Assembly (NCBI GenBank): GCA_043101845.1
Contig: JBICHN010000007.1
Span: 38,224-102,223 of the forward strand
Origin: Phycisphaerales bacterium
GTDB lineage: Bacteria; Planctomycetota; Phycisphaerae; Phycisphaerales; UBA5793
Length of the DNA stretch: 64,000 nucleotides
Direction of reading: 5' to 3'
Numbering within the stretch: position 1 is the first letter of the stretch; every line of letters starts with the position of its first letter. Both the position numbers and the translations under genes were made by a program. Positions 31,208 to 41,310 of this stretch are shown piece by piece. The notes beneath the pieces are model-generated. The model had not been told where the DNA came from, ran no database searches, and was given only the letters and a program-made list of their open reading frames with translations.

Positions 31208-32794
31208 ATGGCCGGCATACTTCTCGCCATCGGTGTCGTCCTGAGCATTTTCATCCTCTCCATGGTTCCGAAGGCCCCGAACACCGCGGCCCGGGCCGGG
31301 CTCGGCATCGTCGCCCTCGCGGTGCTTCTCGTCTTCGTCTCCGTGAGCTCCGTCCGGTTCGTCGGCGAAAACGAAGTCGGCGTCGTGGTGAAGAACTACG
31401 GCCCGGATCTGCCGCCCGGGAACATCATCGCCCGCAATGGCGAGAAGGGACCCCAGGCCGACATCCTCGGCCCCGGCTGGCACTTCTTCCTCTGGCCCGG
31501 CCTGTACGATGTCGAGATCAGCCCGATCATCGAGATCACCGAAGGCGAAGTGGGCCTCCTCACCGCCTCCGACGGTCAGCCGCTTCCCGCGGGCGAGTCG
31601 TTCGCGCCCGAATGGACCGCGGACCAGATGAGTTCAATGCTCAACGACGGCAATTACTTCGTCGAGAACGGATTCAAGGGCCCGCAGTCCACGGTCCTCA
31701 AGCCCGGCAAGCACCGCTTCAATCCGAAGCTCTTCGCCGTGGATCGCGTTCCCGTGACGAACATCGAGAAAGCGACCGTCGCGGTGATCAAGTCGAATGT
31801 CGGCACGCCGCCCGAAGGCGTCGCCGCCGGCGCCGAGTCGCTCGTGCCCCGCGGTCAGCGCGGCATCTGGCTCGAGCCATACACGCCGCAGAAGCTTTAC
31901 CTGAACACGAAGGCCTATGAGGTCACCGTCGTCTCGACCCGCAAGAGCACCGTGCGCTACGGCATCGGCGGGACGGGTGACGAAACGGAAATCGAGGTCC
32001 GCACTTCGGACGGCTTCACCTTCCCCGTCGATGTGCGCGTCGAATACCGCATCAAGCCCGAAGACGCGTCACTCGTCGTCGCCGAGTTCGGCGACGACAA
32101 GGAGACGCTCCGCCTGCGCCTCGCGTCCGCGGTGCGCGCGATCTTCCGGAACAACGCCGAGAATGTGAAGGCGCTCGACTATGTGAAGCAGCGCTCGCAG
32201 CAGGAATCGTCAACCACTTCGACACTCGCGAGCGCCATGAAGGAAGTCGGCGTGACGATCGAGGCGGTTCGCATCGGCGAGATCGGTGACGAACAGTCGC
32301 TCGGCGCGCTCCTCAAGACGCAGACCGAGCGCGAGATCGCGATCCAGGAGCAGATCACCCTCGAAGAGCAGCAGCGCGCCGCGGAGAAGAAGAAGGACCT
32401 CTCGCGCACCGAGCAGGAAGCCGAGGAGGAGCGGCGCCTCGCGACCGCAAGCTACGGCGTGCAGATCGCCGAGCAGGACAAGGAGAAGCGCATCATCGAG
32501 GCGAACGCGGAGGCCGAGGCGATCCGCATTCAGGCGGAAGCCCAGGCCGAGGCGTTCCGCGTCATCGCCGAGCAGATCGGCGCCGGAAACACGGCGCTCG
32601 TTGAGTTGCTCAAGATCGTCGGTGAGCGCGGAATCAACATCACGCCGCGCGTCATGGTCGTCGGCGGCCAGGGCGCGAACGGCGAACGCGTCGCCGAGGA
32701 CGCCCAGACCACGGCGCTCATCGGAACCATGCTGGATACGATGATCGACCGCTCGCCGCAGCCCGAAACCGTGGCGAGTCAGCAGCAGCCCTGA
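31208..32794 (+). CDS. Flotillin-like SPFH/band-7 domain protein
   Basis: N-terminal TM helix, SPFH domain, and a long EA-rich coiled-coil (…EAEAIRIQAEAQAEAFR…). Confidence 0.8.
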   Translation: MAGILLAIGVVLSIFILSMVPKAPNTAARAGLGIVALAVLLVFVSVSSVRFVGENEVGVVVKNYGPDLPPGNIIARNGEKGPQADILGPGWHFFLWPGLYDVEISPIIEITEGEVGLLTASDGQPLPAGESFAPEWTADQMSSMLNDGNYFVENGFKGPQSTVLKPGKHRFNPKLFAVDRVPVTNIEKATVAVIKSNVGTPPEGVAAGAESLVPRGQRGIWLEPYTPQKLYLNTKAYEVTVVSTRKSTVRYGIGGTGDETEIEVRTSDGFTFPVDVRVEYRIKPEDASLVVAEFGDDKETLRLRLASAVRAIFRNNAENVKALDYVKQRSQQESSTTSTLASAMKEVGVTIEAVRIGEIGDEQSLGALLKTQTEREIAIQEQITLEEQQRAAEKKKDLSRTEQEAEEERRLATASYGVQIAEQDKEKRIIEANAEAEAIRIQAEAQAEAFRVIAEQIGAGNTALVELLKIVGERGINITPRVMVVGGQGANGERVAEDAQTTALIGTMLDTMIDRSPQPETVASQQQP

Positions 32795-32802
32795 CGGAGC
32801 CG

Positions 32803-34902
32803 GTGAACGCCGCGCTCCGCTCGCTCGAGTCGAGGAGCCGGCCGATGAATCTCGCACGACACGCGGCGGCGAAGGGCCAACCCTTCGCCGCCGTTCTCAT
32901 TTTCGTGTTCGCGTTAATCGATTGCGGGGCCGTAGTCGACGGCGCGCCGCCTGAGATCGTCATGCAGCGCCTCGATGTGCGCCTCGATCTCGAGAACGCC
33001 TCCGCCCGCATCGAGTCCGACTTCACGATGCGCGGCGCCGGCGCGTTCGATCTTCGTCTGCCCGATTCGGTCGACGCCGAATCGATCCGCTGGCTCGAAT
33101 TCGACGCTGCGGTCTCGCCGCTCGAGAACGATCCGACACGCTTCCGCGTCACCGTGGATATCGACGACGAGTCGGTGCTCCGCGTCATTTACACCGCAAC
33201 CTTTGATGATGATCCCGCCGCGGGTGAAGCGCCCGGCGCCATTCACAACTTCGCCGTGCAGGCGACGGTCGGCGCCGACGGCGCCTTCCTCTCCGAAGGA
33301 TCGAACTGGCACCCGCAACCGCTCGACGAGGACGGCCGCCCGCTCCTTCGTCCAATGAAGACGACCATTCAGGAGATCGACGGCTGGCTCTTCGTCGCCT
33401 CGGGAAATCCGGCGTGCGACCTCCAGCCGGCGATCGAAGCGTGTTCGATCTGGCGCACGCCGCGCCCGGTCGAGGGCGTGACCCTCTTCGGCGGGCCGCG
33501 CGAGCGACGGGCCCGCGTGTGCGAGACACCGCACGGCCCGGTCGCCGTCGTCGCGCAGTTCGCGGTGGGGAATGTCGAGCAGGCCGAGACCTTTCTCGAC
33601 GCCGCCTGCGAGTACATCGCGCTCTACACCGGGCGCCTCGGCCCGTTTCCGTACGAGCGCTTCACGATCGCGGAGAACTTCTTCAGCTCCGGCTTCGCCT
33701 ATCCCGGCTTCACGCTGCTCGGGCCGCGTGTGGTCGCGATGGGGGACCGGGCCGCGCGCGGCTATGGCTACCTCGACCACGAGATCCTCCACAACTGGTG
33801 GGGGAACGGCGTGTATGTCGATCCCGACGACGGCAACTGGTGTGAAGCCCTCGCGACCTGGGGCGCGAACTACGGACGGCGCCTCGTCGACGGCGGCGAG
33901 GACGCTGGACGCGAATACCGGCGCGGCGTGATCATGCGCGCCTCCGTCGATCCCGATTCGTTCGACAATGCGGCGCTCGACCGGTTCGGGCGCGACGCGT
34001 CGGTCGATCGCTTCGTCGGATACGACAAGGGCGCGTTCGTCTTCGCCATGCTCGAAGACCTCGCGCCCGGCGCCACCCCCGACGAGCGTCGCGCGTACGC
34101 GTGGGCCGCGTTGCGTTCGTTCGCCGAATCCCACCTTGGACGGCGCGCCGGCTGGGACGAACTCGAAGAGGCGTTCGAATCGGCGTACAGCGAATCGCTC
34201 GACGACTTCTTCGACCACTGGGTCCGCCGCCACACGACGCCGCACACGGTCGTGCCCGGCGCCGACGATCGCGTCGTCGCGTTCGAGTTGCAGTACGCGA
34301 TGGGACAACCGAAGGACCATCTCTTCGAATTCGCCTTCGGCGCCGGAGGCACGCGCGTCGAGATTGATCCGGAGTTCCGGCTCTATCGCATCGTTCCCCC
34401 GGCGCAACTGATCCCAACGCTCGCGGGCACGCTCGGCCCGGGTGGCGTTCGGATCGACGCGCGCGGCGTCGAGCGTCCGGAACTCGACACGCTCCGCCGC
34501 ATGATCGACGCGAGCGCCGAAGACGATGACAGCGCCGAGAACCTGTTCCTCGTCGGCCGCGACGCGTTCGAGGCGAACGCCGACCTCATCGCGCTCGGCG
34601 ACGACTCCATCACGCTTACCGATGACGGCGTCGGCTTTCGCGTCGGCGGAGAGGAATACGACGATCCAGCCCACGCCGTGCTCCACACCATGGCGCATCC
34701 CGACCAGCCCGGGCGCTTCATCACCGTGTTTCTCGCGAACGGCGACGCGGGGTGGAGCCGCCTCCGCCTCGCGCCCTTCTATTCGCGCGATTCGACGATC
34801 GTCTGGTTGAACGACGAAGTGATCGAGCGGCGCCTCTTCGAGCCCGATCGGCGAATCTTCCTCACGCCGCCTGAAGACGCGTCGTCCGGACCCGGAGGCT
34901 GA
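32803..34902 (+). CDS. M1-family metallopeptidase-like protein (paralog of 14493..16592)
   Basis: HEILHNWWG gluzincin motif; similar overall length. Confidence 0.65.
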   Translation: MNAALRSLESRSRPMNLARHAAAKGQPFAAVLIFVFALIDCGAVVDGAPPEIVMQRLDVRLDLENASARIESDFTMRGAGAFDLRLPDSVDAESIRWLEFDAAVSPLENDPTRFRVTVDIDDESVLRVIYTATFDDDPAAGEAPGAIHNFAVQATVGADGAFLSEGSNWHPQPLDEDGRPLLRPMKTTIQEIDGWLFVASGNPACDLQPAIEACSIWRTPRPVEGVTLFGGPRERRARVCETPHGPVAVVAQFAVGNVEQAETFLDAACEYIALYTGRLGPFPYERFTIAENFFSSGFAYPGFTLLGPRVVAMGDRAARGYGYLDHEILHNWWGNGVYVDPDDGNWCEALATWGANYGRRLVDGGEDAGREYRRGVIMRASVDPDSFDNAALDRFGRDASVDRFVGYDKGAFVFAMLEDLAPGATPDERRAYAWAALRSFAESHLGRRAGWDELEEAFESAYSESLDDFFDHWVRRHTTPHTVVPGADDRVVAFELQYAMGQPKDHLFEFAFGAGGTRVEIDPEFRLYRIVPPAQLIPTLAGTLGPGGVRIDARGVERPELDTLRRMIDASAEDDDSAENLFLVGRDAFEANADLIALGDDSITLTDDGVGFRVGGEEYDDPAHAVLHTMAHPDQPGRFITVFLANGDAGWSRLRLAPFYSRDSTIVWLNDEVIERRLFEPDRRIFLTPPEDASSGPGG

Positions 34903-35080
34903 ATTCGATCGGGCGCCGGCTTTCATGTTCGACTTCAGTCCCCGGCCGACGCGGCCGACCCATTCCGGGGCCTGAACGACCCTTCGCGCCCGGAACCGGC
35001 TGTGGTATACTGACTTCGATCGACCCACCCCGCGGCGTCGCGCCGCCGTGCCGCGCCGCCCGACACCTTCGGTAGATGAG

Positions 35081-36868
35081 ATGACGACGAAGCGACTCGA
35101 TATCGAATCCGGATTCGATCAGGGCAAGCGCATCGAACTCGGCGAACAGCCCGTCACGATCGGCCGCCATCCGGACAACCTCTTTGTCATCGGCGATGAA
35201 CGCGCGAGCCGGTTCCACTGCGTCGTCGATTTCGATCGCGGCGACTATGTCCTGCGCGATCTCGACTCGAGCAACGGAACGAAGCTCAACGAGCGCGCCA
35301 TCGAATGGGCGCGCCTCCAGCCCGGCGACGCGTTCCGCATTGGCGACACGCGCTTCCGCTTCGTCGATCCCGATGCGCCGCCCGCGAAGAAATCCGCCGC
35401 CGCCGCGACGACCGCCACCGCGGCCGGAGGTGGCGGGCGCTCGTTCGATCCCGTGAAGTTCGATCAGTCTCCGCTCGAAATCGACGACATCGTCGCCGGC
35501 CGGGGGAACGCCGGCGGCGCCACGCGTTCCGCGCCGGCCGACTCGTCATCGGTCGCGGCGCCTTCGCTGGAGGAGCCGATGAACGAACTCCGCGCCATGT
35601 CCCGCGCGGCGCTCGCCGACCCCGACGCCCCGCTCGATCCCGCCGCGCTCGCGCTCCTCAACGCGAAAGGCGCGCTCACCTACGACTCCGGATCGACCCC
35701 CGCCGGAACCGCGAGCGGCGACGCGGTGCAACTGCTGCGTCTCATGCTCCTCACCGCGCTCATCACGCGCGCGACCGATCTCCACCTCGAACCGAACGGC
35801 GACCGGTACTCGGTGCGCCTGCGTGTCGACGGCGCCCTGACCGACGCCGCGTCGCTCGACGCCGCCGCGTTCGTCCGCCTCGCCGGCGTCGTGAAGGCGC
35901 TCGCGGGGCTCGAGGTCGCCTCGTCCGACCTCCTCCAGGAAGGGCACTTCTCCGCCCAGGCGCTCAACCGGCGCATCGGCTATCGCGTGAGCGTTTCGAA
36001 GTCGGGCGCCGAGCAGCGCCTCGTCATCCGCATCGCCGATTCCCACCGCGCGCCCCGAGAGCTTGATGAGCTTCGTCTCCCCGAGCCGACGCTCGAGCGG
36101 CTCCGCGCGTTCCTTCGGCGCGAGGCCGGCTTCCTGCTCGTCGCCGGGCCGGCCGGGTCCGGCAAGACGACGACCGCGTACGCGGCGATGCGCGAAGTCG
36201 ATCACCGGCGTCGGCGCGTCGTCACGATCGAGGAAACCATCGAGTACCCGCTCGAAGGCGCCGCGCAGCTCGCGGTGAACGGCTTCAAGGGTGAGTCCGC
36301 CCAGGCGATTCTGCGCACGGTCCTGCGTCAGGACGCCGATGTCATCTTCCTCGGCGAAGCGAACGACCGCGACACCGTCGCCGACGCGTTCGACGCGTCG
36401 ACGAGCGGCCGCCTCGTCCTCTCGACGATCGAAGCGATGGACGCAGTGAGCGCCGCGTTCCGAGTGCTCGACCTCGGGCTCGAGCCGTACCGCGTCGCGT
36501 CGTCGCTCAGCATGATCCTCGCCCAACGACTCATCCGCGTCCTCTGCCCGAGTTGCAAAGAGGAAGGGAAGCCGACGGAGGAGCAGCTCGAATCGCTCCG
36601 CGCCGTCGTCGAGTTCGAGCCCGCGGTCTACCGACCGGGCGGATGTCCGCGCTGTCTCGACACGGGATACCGCGGCCGCCGCGCGATCGTCGAATTGCTC
36701 GTCGTGACCGACGCGCTGCGCGATGAGATCCTCGAGTCGCCGACGATCCAGGGCGTCCGCGCCGCCGCGAACCTCGACCCGCGCGACACACTCCGCGGCC
36801 AGGGCTTCACCCTCGTCGCCCGCGGCCTCACTACCTTCGGCGAAGTGAACCGCGTCGCCGGGGCGTGA
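35081..36868 (+). CDS. FHA-domain-containing GspE/PilB-family secretion ATPase
   Basis: N-terminal FHA (…VTIGRHPDNLFVIGDERASRFHC…); C-terminal Walker A AGPAGSGKTTT, a GspE-type core and a CxxC…CxxC zinc motif (CPSC…CPRC). Confidence 0.8.
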   Translation: MTTKRLDIESGFDQGKRIELGEQPVTIGRHPDNLFVIGDERASRFHCVVDFDRGDYVLRDLDSSNGTKLNERAIEWARLQPGDAFRIGDTRFRFVDPDAPPAKKSAAAATTATAAGGGGRSFDPVKFDQSPLEIDDIVAGRGNAGGATRSAPADSSSVAAPSLEEPMNELRAMSRAALADPDAPLDPAALALLNAKGALTYDSGSTPAGTASGDAVQLLRLMLLTALITRATDLHLEPNGDRYSVRLRVDGALTDAASLDAAAFVRLAGVVKALAGLEVASSDLLQEGHFSAQALNRRIGYRVSVSKSGAEQRLVIRIADSHRAPRELDELRLPEPTLERLRAFLRREAGFLLVAGPAGSGKTTTAYAAMREVDHRRRRVVTIEETIEYPLEGAAQLAVNGFKGESAQAILRTVLRQDADVIFLGEANDRDTVADAFDASTSGRLVLSTIEAMDAVSAAFRVLDLGLEPYRVASSLSMILAQRLIRVLCPSCKEEGKPTEEQLESLRAVVEFEPAVYRPGGCPRCLDTGYRGRRAIVELLVVTDALRDEILESPTIQGVRAAANLDPRDTLRGQGFTLVARGLTTFGEVNRVAGA

Positions 36869-36879
36869 TCGCACGCCTC

Positions 36880-37202
36880 GTAAGCCCGGCTCTTGCCGAA
36901 CGGTCGCGCCGTAGGTTCGGCTCTTGCCGAACGGTTGTGCGTTCGTGGTTCAAGAGGGATTCGTGTAGTACGGAACGCGTGCGGCAGTTCGCCCGCCCAA
37001 CCGTCAGGCAACAGCCTGACCTACCGGGACGATCTCAATTCTCAAGTCTCAAATCTCCGATTTCAGATCTCAGATTTCAGATTTCAGATCTTCCGTCTCG
37101 AGCGCTGTCCCACCTGTGGCTTCCCGGAACCTCAGCCACAGCCACCCGATGGACAACGAAGTACCAATGGGTGGCTGTGGTTGGTCCGCAGGGAAACCAC
37201 AG
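36880..37202. repeat. Composite structured intergenic repeat, copy 2
   Basis: Starts 12 bp after the GspE stop; contains the gtaggttcggctcttgccgaacggt arm, the cgcccaaccgtcaggcaacagcctgacctacc arm, a tctcaaatc-type minisatellite, and the gccacagccaccc/gggtggctgtgg hairpin. Confidence 0.7.
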
Positions 37203-37249
37203 CGAATGAAACGACGGCGCCGGGTCCAGTGAAGGCGCACGATCGCCCT

Positions 37250-37662
37250 GTAGGTTCGGCTCTTGCCGAACGGTCGGTCGTTCGTAGTTCGAGCGGCGTT
37301 CGCGTTGAACGCGAGGCCTGCGCGAGATCGCACGCCCAACCGGCAGGCAATAGCCTGACCTACCGAATCGCCAACCCGCGCGTGTGCCACGGCCTTCCAG
37401 GCCGTGCGAATGGAACGAGGGCGTGGGTGACGAGGTCGGCCGGGGATGACTCGCGCGCCGTCCGCCGCCCACGCACGGCCGACACGGCCGTGGCACACGA
37501 GTTGATACGCTCGCCTCAAATCTCAAATCTCAAATCTCAAATTCCAGATCTTCCGCTCCGAGCGCCGTCCTCCCTGTGGCTTCCCCGAGCCTCAGCCACA
37601 GCCACCCAGCGCAAACGGGACAACGAAGGGGTGGCTGTGGTTGGGCCGCAGGGAAACCACAG
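37250..37662. repeat. Composite structured intergenic repeat, copy 3 (with a ~140-bp internal insertion)
   Basis: Same arm order as copy 2, in tandem with it. Confidence 0.7.
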
Positions 37663-37833
37663 GGCATGGAACGACTGTGTCCGTGACGAAGATCGCGCTT
37701 CAGCGTCTCCCCGATCCGATTCTGAGAAACGAATTGACGAATTCCGCGACAGTTCCCATCCTGGGGGTGGGGGCCGCTTGCATCTGCTTGGCGCCGATCG
37801 ATGTCCGGGCGACCCCGGATCGTGCGGCTGTAA

Positions 37834-39240
37834 TTGAGAGGGATCGAGATGTCGAGGAGAATATTCTGCATCGTGTCCGGTCTACTGCTATTGACCGGAG
37901 TCGGCGTCTCGTCCGGCGCCGCGGGTCCGCATCCCGTCGCGATCATCGACCTCGGCACGCTGGGGGGTGTCGGATCCACCGCACGAGGGATGAATGAAGT
38001 GGGTCAGGTGACCGGTGCAGCGCGCTCAGGATTCTCGACATTCAATCCCTATGTGTGGGAGCAAGGGGTAATGGCGCCGCTTTCAGGCGTCGGTATGTGC
38101 TGTGAAGGCGAGGGCTGGGAAATCGCCGAGACGGGGCATGCTGCGGGCGCAAGTGTAAGTGCAGACCAGCCTGCGTTATGGCGTGACGGTGTGGAGACCC
38201 CCCTTGGCACACTCGGGGGAGACAGCGGGCGAGCGCGGGCGCTCAACGACCTCGATCAGGTTGTCGGTGAATCTGAATTCGAGCCCGGCTCATTGCTGAT
38301 TCACGCCTTCTTCTGGGAAGACGGCGTGATGATCGATCTTCACCCGCCGTTCAGCGATGACCAGAGTGTCGCCTACGACATCAATAATAACTCGCAGATC
38401 GTGGGTCTCGCGTCGAATCCGAGCGGGGGAACACTGGCGGTTCTATGGGAAGAACTCGTCGCGACTGACTTGGGCTCACTCGGCGGATCGGTGAGTGTAG
38501 CCTACGGAATAAACGAACTGCATCAGATCGTCGGCTATTCACATGAGCCGTCCGGGTTCGGTCAACTCTTCTTTCGACGGGCCTACCTGTGGGAAAACGG
38601 CGAAATGCGATCGATTCACTTCGATTCATACTTCGACAGCAGCCGTGCGATTGACATCAACAACCTCGGCATGATCATCGGTGAGTACGACAATGGCGAC
38701 TTGGACGAGCGATCGCCGGCCGTCTGGTTGAGCCCTGATGGGCCGAGTCTGCATGTGGCGCGGATGCTTCCGCCGAACAGCCGGTGGGCGCCGCAGTGGA
38801 TGTTCCTCGAGGATCTCAACGACTCGGGGCAGATCGTCGGACTCGGCTGGCACTTTCAACCGGAGCGCGGCGCTTTCGAGGACCGCGGCTTCCTCATCAC
38901 GCCGGTCGAGCACGAGTTCGCGCTTTCCGATGTCGCGCCCGGGATCGCCGGGCAGGTGAACGGGATCAGGGCGAGCGGACTCGAGCCGGGCGAGCGCGTG
39001 TACTTCCTCTACTCGCAGCGTGGCGGCGGAACCGTCCTGCCCATGTGCGAGATCCTCGACGCGACGCTCCAACTCGACTACCCGTCGGTCATCACGAGTG
39101 TCCGGGCCGACGCAAACGGCGAGGCGCTCCTCCTCGTCGAGGTCCCCGCCGCGGCCCGCGCGCGAGGCGACATCCTCATCCAGGCCGTGGTCCCCTCGTC
39201 GTGCAAGCTGAGCGAGTTGCGCGTGGTGCGGTTCGAGTAG
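37834..39240 (+). CDS. Secreted HAF-family extracellular repeat protein
   Basis: Signal peptide; repeated …LGTLGG…A…IN…GQVVG…HAFLW units. Confidence 0.75.
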   Translation: MRGIEMSRRIFCIVSGLLLLTGVGVSSGAAGPHPVAIIDLGTLGGVGSTARGMNEVGQVTGAARSGFSTFNPYVWEQGVMAPLSGVGMCCEGEGWEIAETGHAAGASVSADQPALWRDGVETPLGTLGGDSGRARALNDLDQVVGESEFEPGSLLIHAFFWEDGVMIDLHPPFSDDQSVAYDINNNSQIVGLASNPSGGTLAVLWEELVATDLGSLGGSVSVAYGINELHQIVGYSHEPSGFGQLFFRRAYLWENGEMRSIHFDSYFDSSRAIDINNLGMIIGEYDNGDLDERSPAVWLSPDGPSLHVARMLPPNSRWAPQWMFLEDLNDSGQIVGLGWHFQPERGAFEDRGFLITPVEHEFALSDVAPGIAGQVNGIRASGLEPGERVYFLYSQRGGGTVLPMCEILDATLQLDYPSVITSVRADANGEALLLVEVPAAARARGDILIQAVVPSSCKLSELRVVRFE

Positions 39241-39446
39241 GTTCGGCTATTGCCGAACAGTTGGGCGCGCGTGGTCGAGCGGGATTCGAGCCGAACGAAC
39301 GACCTGCAAGAGATCGGCCGCCCAACCGGCAGGCAATAGCCTGACCTACCGGGACGATTTCAAATCTCAAATCTCAGATCTCAGATCTTCCGCTTGGAGC
39401 GCTGTCCTCCCTGTGGCTTCCCCAAACCTCAGCCACAGCCACCCCG
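39237..39446. repeat. Composite structured intergenic repeat, copy 4 (truncated; lacks the distal hairpin half)
   Basis: Begins on the TAG stop of the HAF gene. Confidence 0.65.
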
Positions 39447-39477
39447 CGCCGAGCCTGAACGAATACCCTCTCCGTCT

Positions 39478-39531
39478 CTTCGTCTCTCCGTCTCTCCGTC
39501 TCTCCGTCTCTCCGTCTCTCCGTCTCTTCCG
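39478..39531. repeat. Tandem 8-mer minisatellite (ctctccgt)x~7
   Basis: Directly visible tandem repeat. Confidence 0.8.
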
Positions 39532-39600
39532 AAAAAAACGAAGAGCCGGACTCGCGCCCGACTCTCCGTAACCCGCAATTGAAATCTCAGTTTCCGTTCG

Positions 39601-40641
39601 TCAGTTCTTCTCGCGCTCGTACTGCTCGAGCACTTCCTTGAGCTGCGTGCGCATCGGCCCTTCGTTCTCCGACTCCACCGCCTTACGCTGCCACTTGATC
39701 GCGGCGTCGAGGTCGCCCTTCTCGTAGTAGACCCGCGCGAGCGTGTCGAGAATGGCGCCGTTCTTATGGTCCGACAGCTCCGCGGCCCGCTGCGCCACCT
39801 TCATCGCGAAGTCGAGGTTCCGCTCCTGCACCTTCGGATTGTCCACGACGAACCACGCGATGGAATTGAGCGCGTTCGCGTTGTCCCAGCTCCGCTCGAC
39901 TGCCTGCTCGCCGATCTTGTATGCCTTCGCCGGCTCGTTCATGTCGCCGAGCATGACCTGGAACTTCGTCGAGAGGAGGTAGCCGTAGCGCTCTTCGTCG
40001 ACCTTCATGAGTTCGTCGATGTAGCCGAGCGCTTCCTGGTAGTTCCCGCTCTTCATCGCCTCGTTGAGTTTCCGCTGCGCTTCGAACTCGCGGCGGAACT
40101 CGTCGCGGTTCCACTCGTCGCGCACGACCTTCGCGAGCGGATCGTCGATGCGCACTGGATGGCCGATCCATTCGACCTCGCCCGTCTTGCCGACGATGAA
40201 CGCCGTCGGAATGCCGTTCTGGCCAGCGGCCTTCATGTACGAGTCGAAGACCGAGCGATCCGGATCGGTCGCGAGCGTGTAGTCGATCTTGTCGTACCAG
40301 AGGACATTCTCATCGTCCTTCTGCGCGAGGAAGTCGACGACGGTCGCAAGCTTCTCATCGCTCACGCCGATGAAGGTCACGCCGTAGTCGCGGAACTCGG
40401 TCTGCAACTCCGAGATGTGCGGCATGCTCGCGCGGCACGGGCCGCACCAGGTCGCCCAGAACTCGACGACATAGACCTTGCCGTTTTCGAACGACTTGAC
40501 CTCTTCGCCCTTCACCCAGTGTGAGATCTCGATCGCCGGCGCGGCGTCACCGACCGAGAGATCGCCCTCGGCGAACGCGACGCCGCCGGTGACGAGTCCC
40601 ATCGCCGCGGCGCTTCCGATCCACTGCATTCCTCGACGCAT
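39601..40641 (-). CDS. Secreted TlpA/redoxin-like thioredoxin fused to a C-terminal TPR/helical domain
   Basis: Signal peptide; WATWCGPC active site; a helical repeat tail. Confidence 0.75.
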   Translation of the reverse strand: MRRGMQWIGSAAAMGLVTGGVAFAEGDLSVGDAAPAIEISHWVKGEEVKSFENGKVYVVEFWATWCGPCRASMPHISELQTEFRDYGVTFIGVSDEKLATVVDFLAQKDDENVLWYDKIDYTLATDPDRSVFDSYMKAAGQNGIPTAFIVGKTGEVEWIGHPVRIDDPLAKVVRDEWNRDEFRREFEAQRKLNEAMKSGNYQEALGYIDELMKVDEERYGYLLSTKFQVMLGDMNEPAKAYKIGEQAVERSWDNANALNSIAWFVVDNPKVQERNLDFAMKVAQRAAELSDHKNGAILDTLARVYYEKGDLDAAIKWQRKAVESENEGPMRTQLKEVLEQYEREKN

Positions 40642-41310
40642 GTTGCGCTCCTTCGTTGTTCGTCATCGCATCGCCGACGCGATGTCGTGTTACCGATTCG
40701 TCCCCGGGACGGCTTCCCGCGAGCGGCGGGCGCCATGGAGGCGAACGCCCCGACGCGTCCCGCCGAGCCCACCGGCCGCAGTCCTTTATATACAGGTATA
40801 TGTCGTGTCGCCCGCCGGGCTGCGGCAACCCCGGGGCGCCGGGGACCATTTCCGTCCGCGGTGGTGATCCGCTCGCGGAACGAGGGGGCCCCGCACGGGG
40901 CGGAGGCGTAGGCCTCGCATGTCCGCCGGTCCGCAGAACTCCGGACGACGGCGAGGCGTACCATGAACGGATGAAGATTCGTTCACCTCATCCGCCGAAA
41001 TCGTGGCCGACCGGCTGGAGCGCGGTCGTTTCCGTATCCCGCCGTACGACAGACGGTAACGCCTTAATCCCTGATTAAACAGCACTTCGGGACATGTCAG
41101 CCCCTCCAAAAGTGGAGTATTTGGGGCTGTCGAAACGATTATCGGTCCCTAATATGGGGGCCACGGTGATCGAAGCCACCGCACGACACGCCCCTGGGGT
41201 CAACCGTACGACGCGTGTCGTTCCCCACCCTGGAAACCGAGATTGGATGATTGAAGCCAGCGGCCGATCGAGGCCATGACTGCCCGGTGTCGCTACAGGA
41301 GAACCGCAAA

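Noticed and set aside
39478-39531. Possible CRISPR array (regular short repeats), also considered at 37030-37090 and 46224-46470
   Set aside because: Units are contiguous with no unique spacers (minisatellite or 110-bp tandem duplication), and no cas genes are adjacent.
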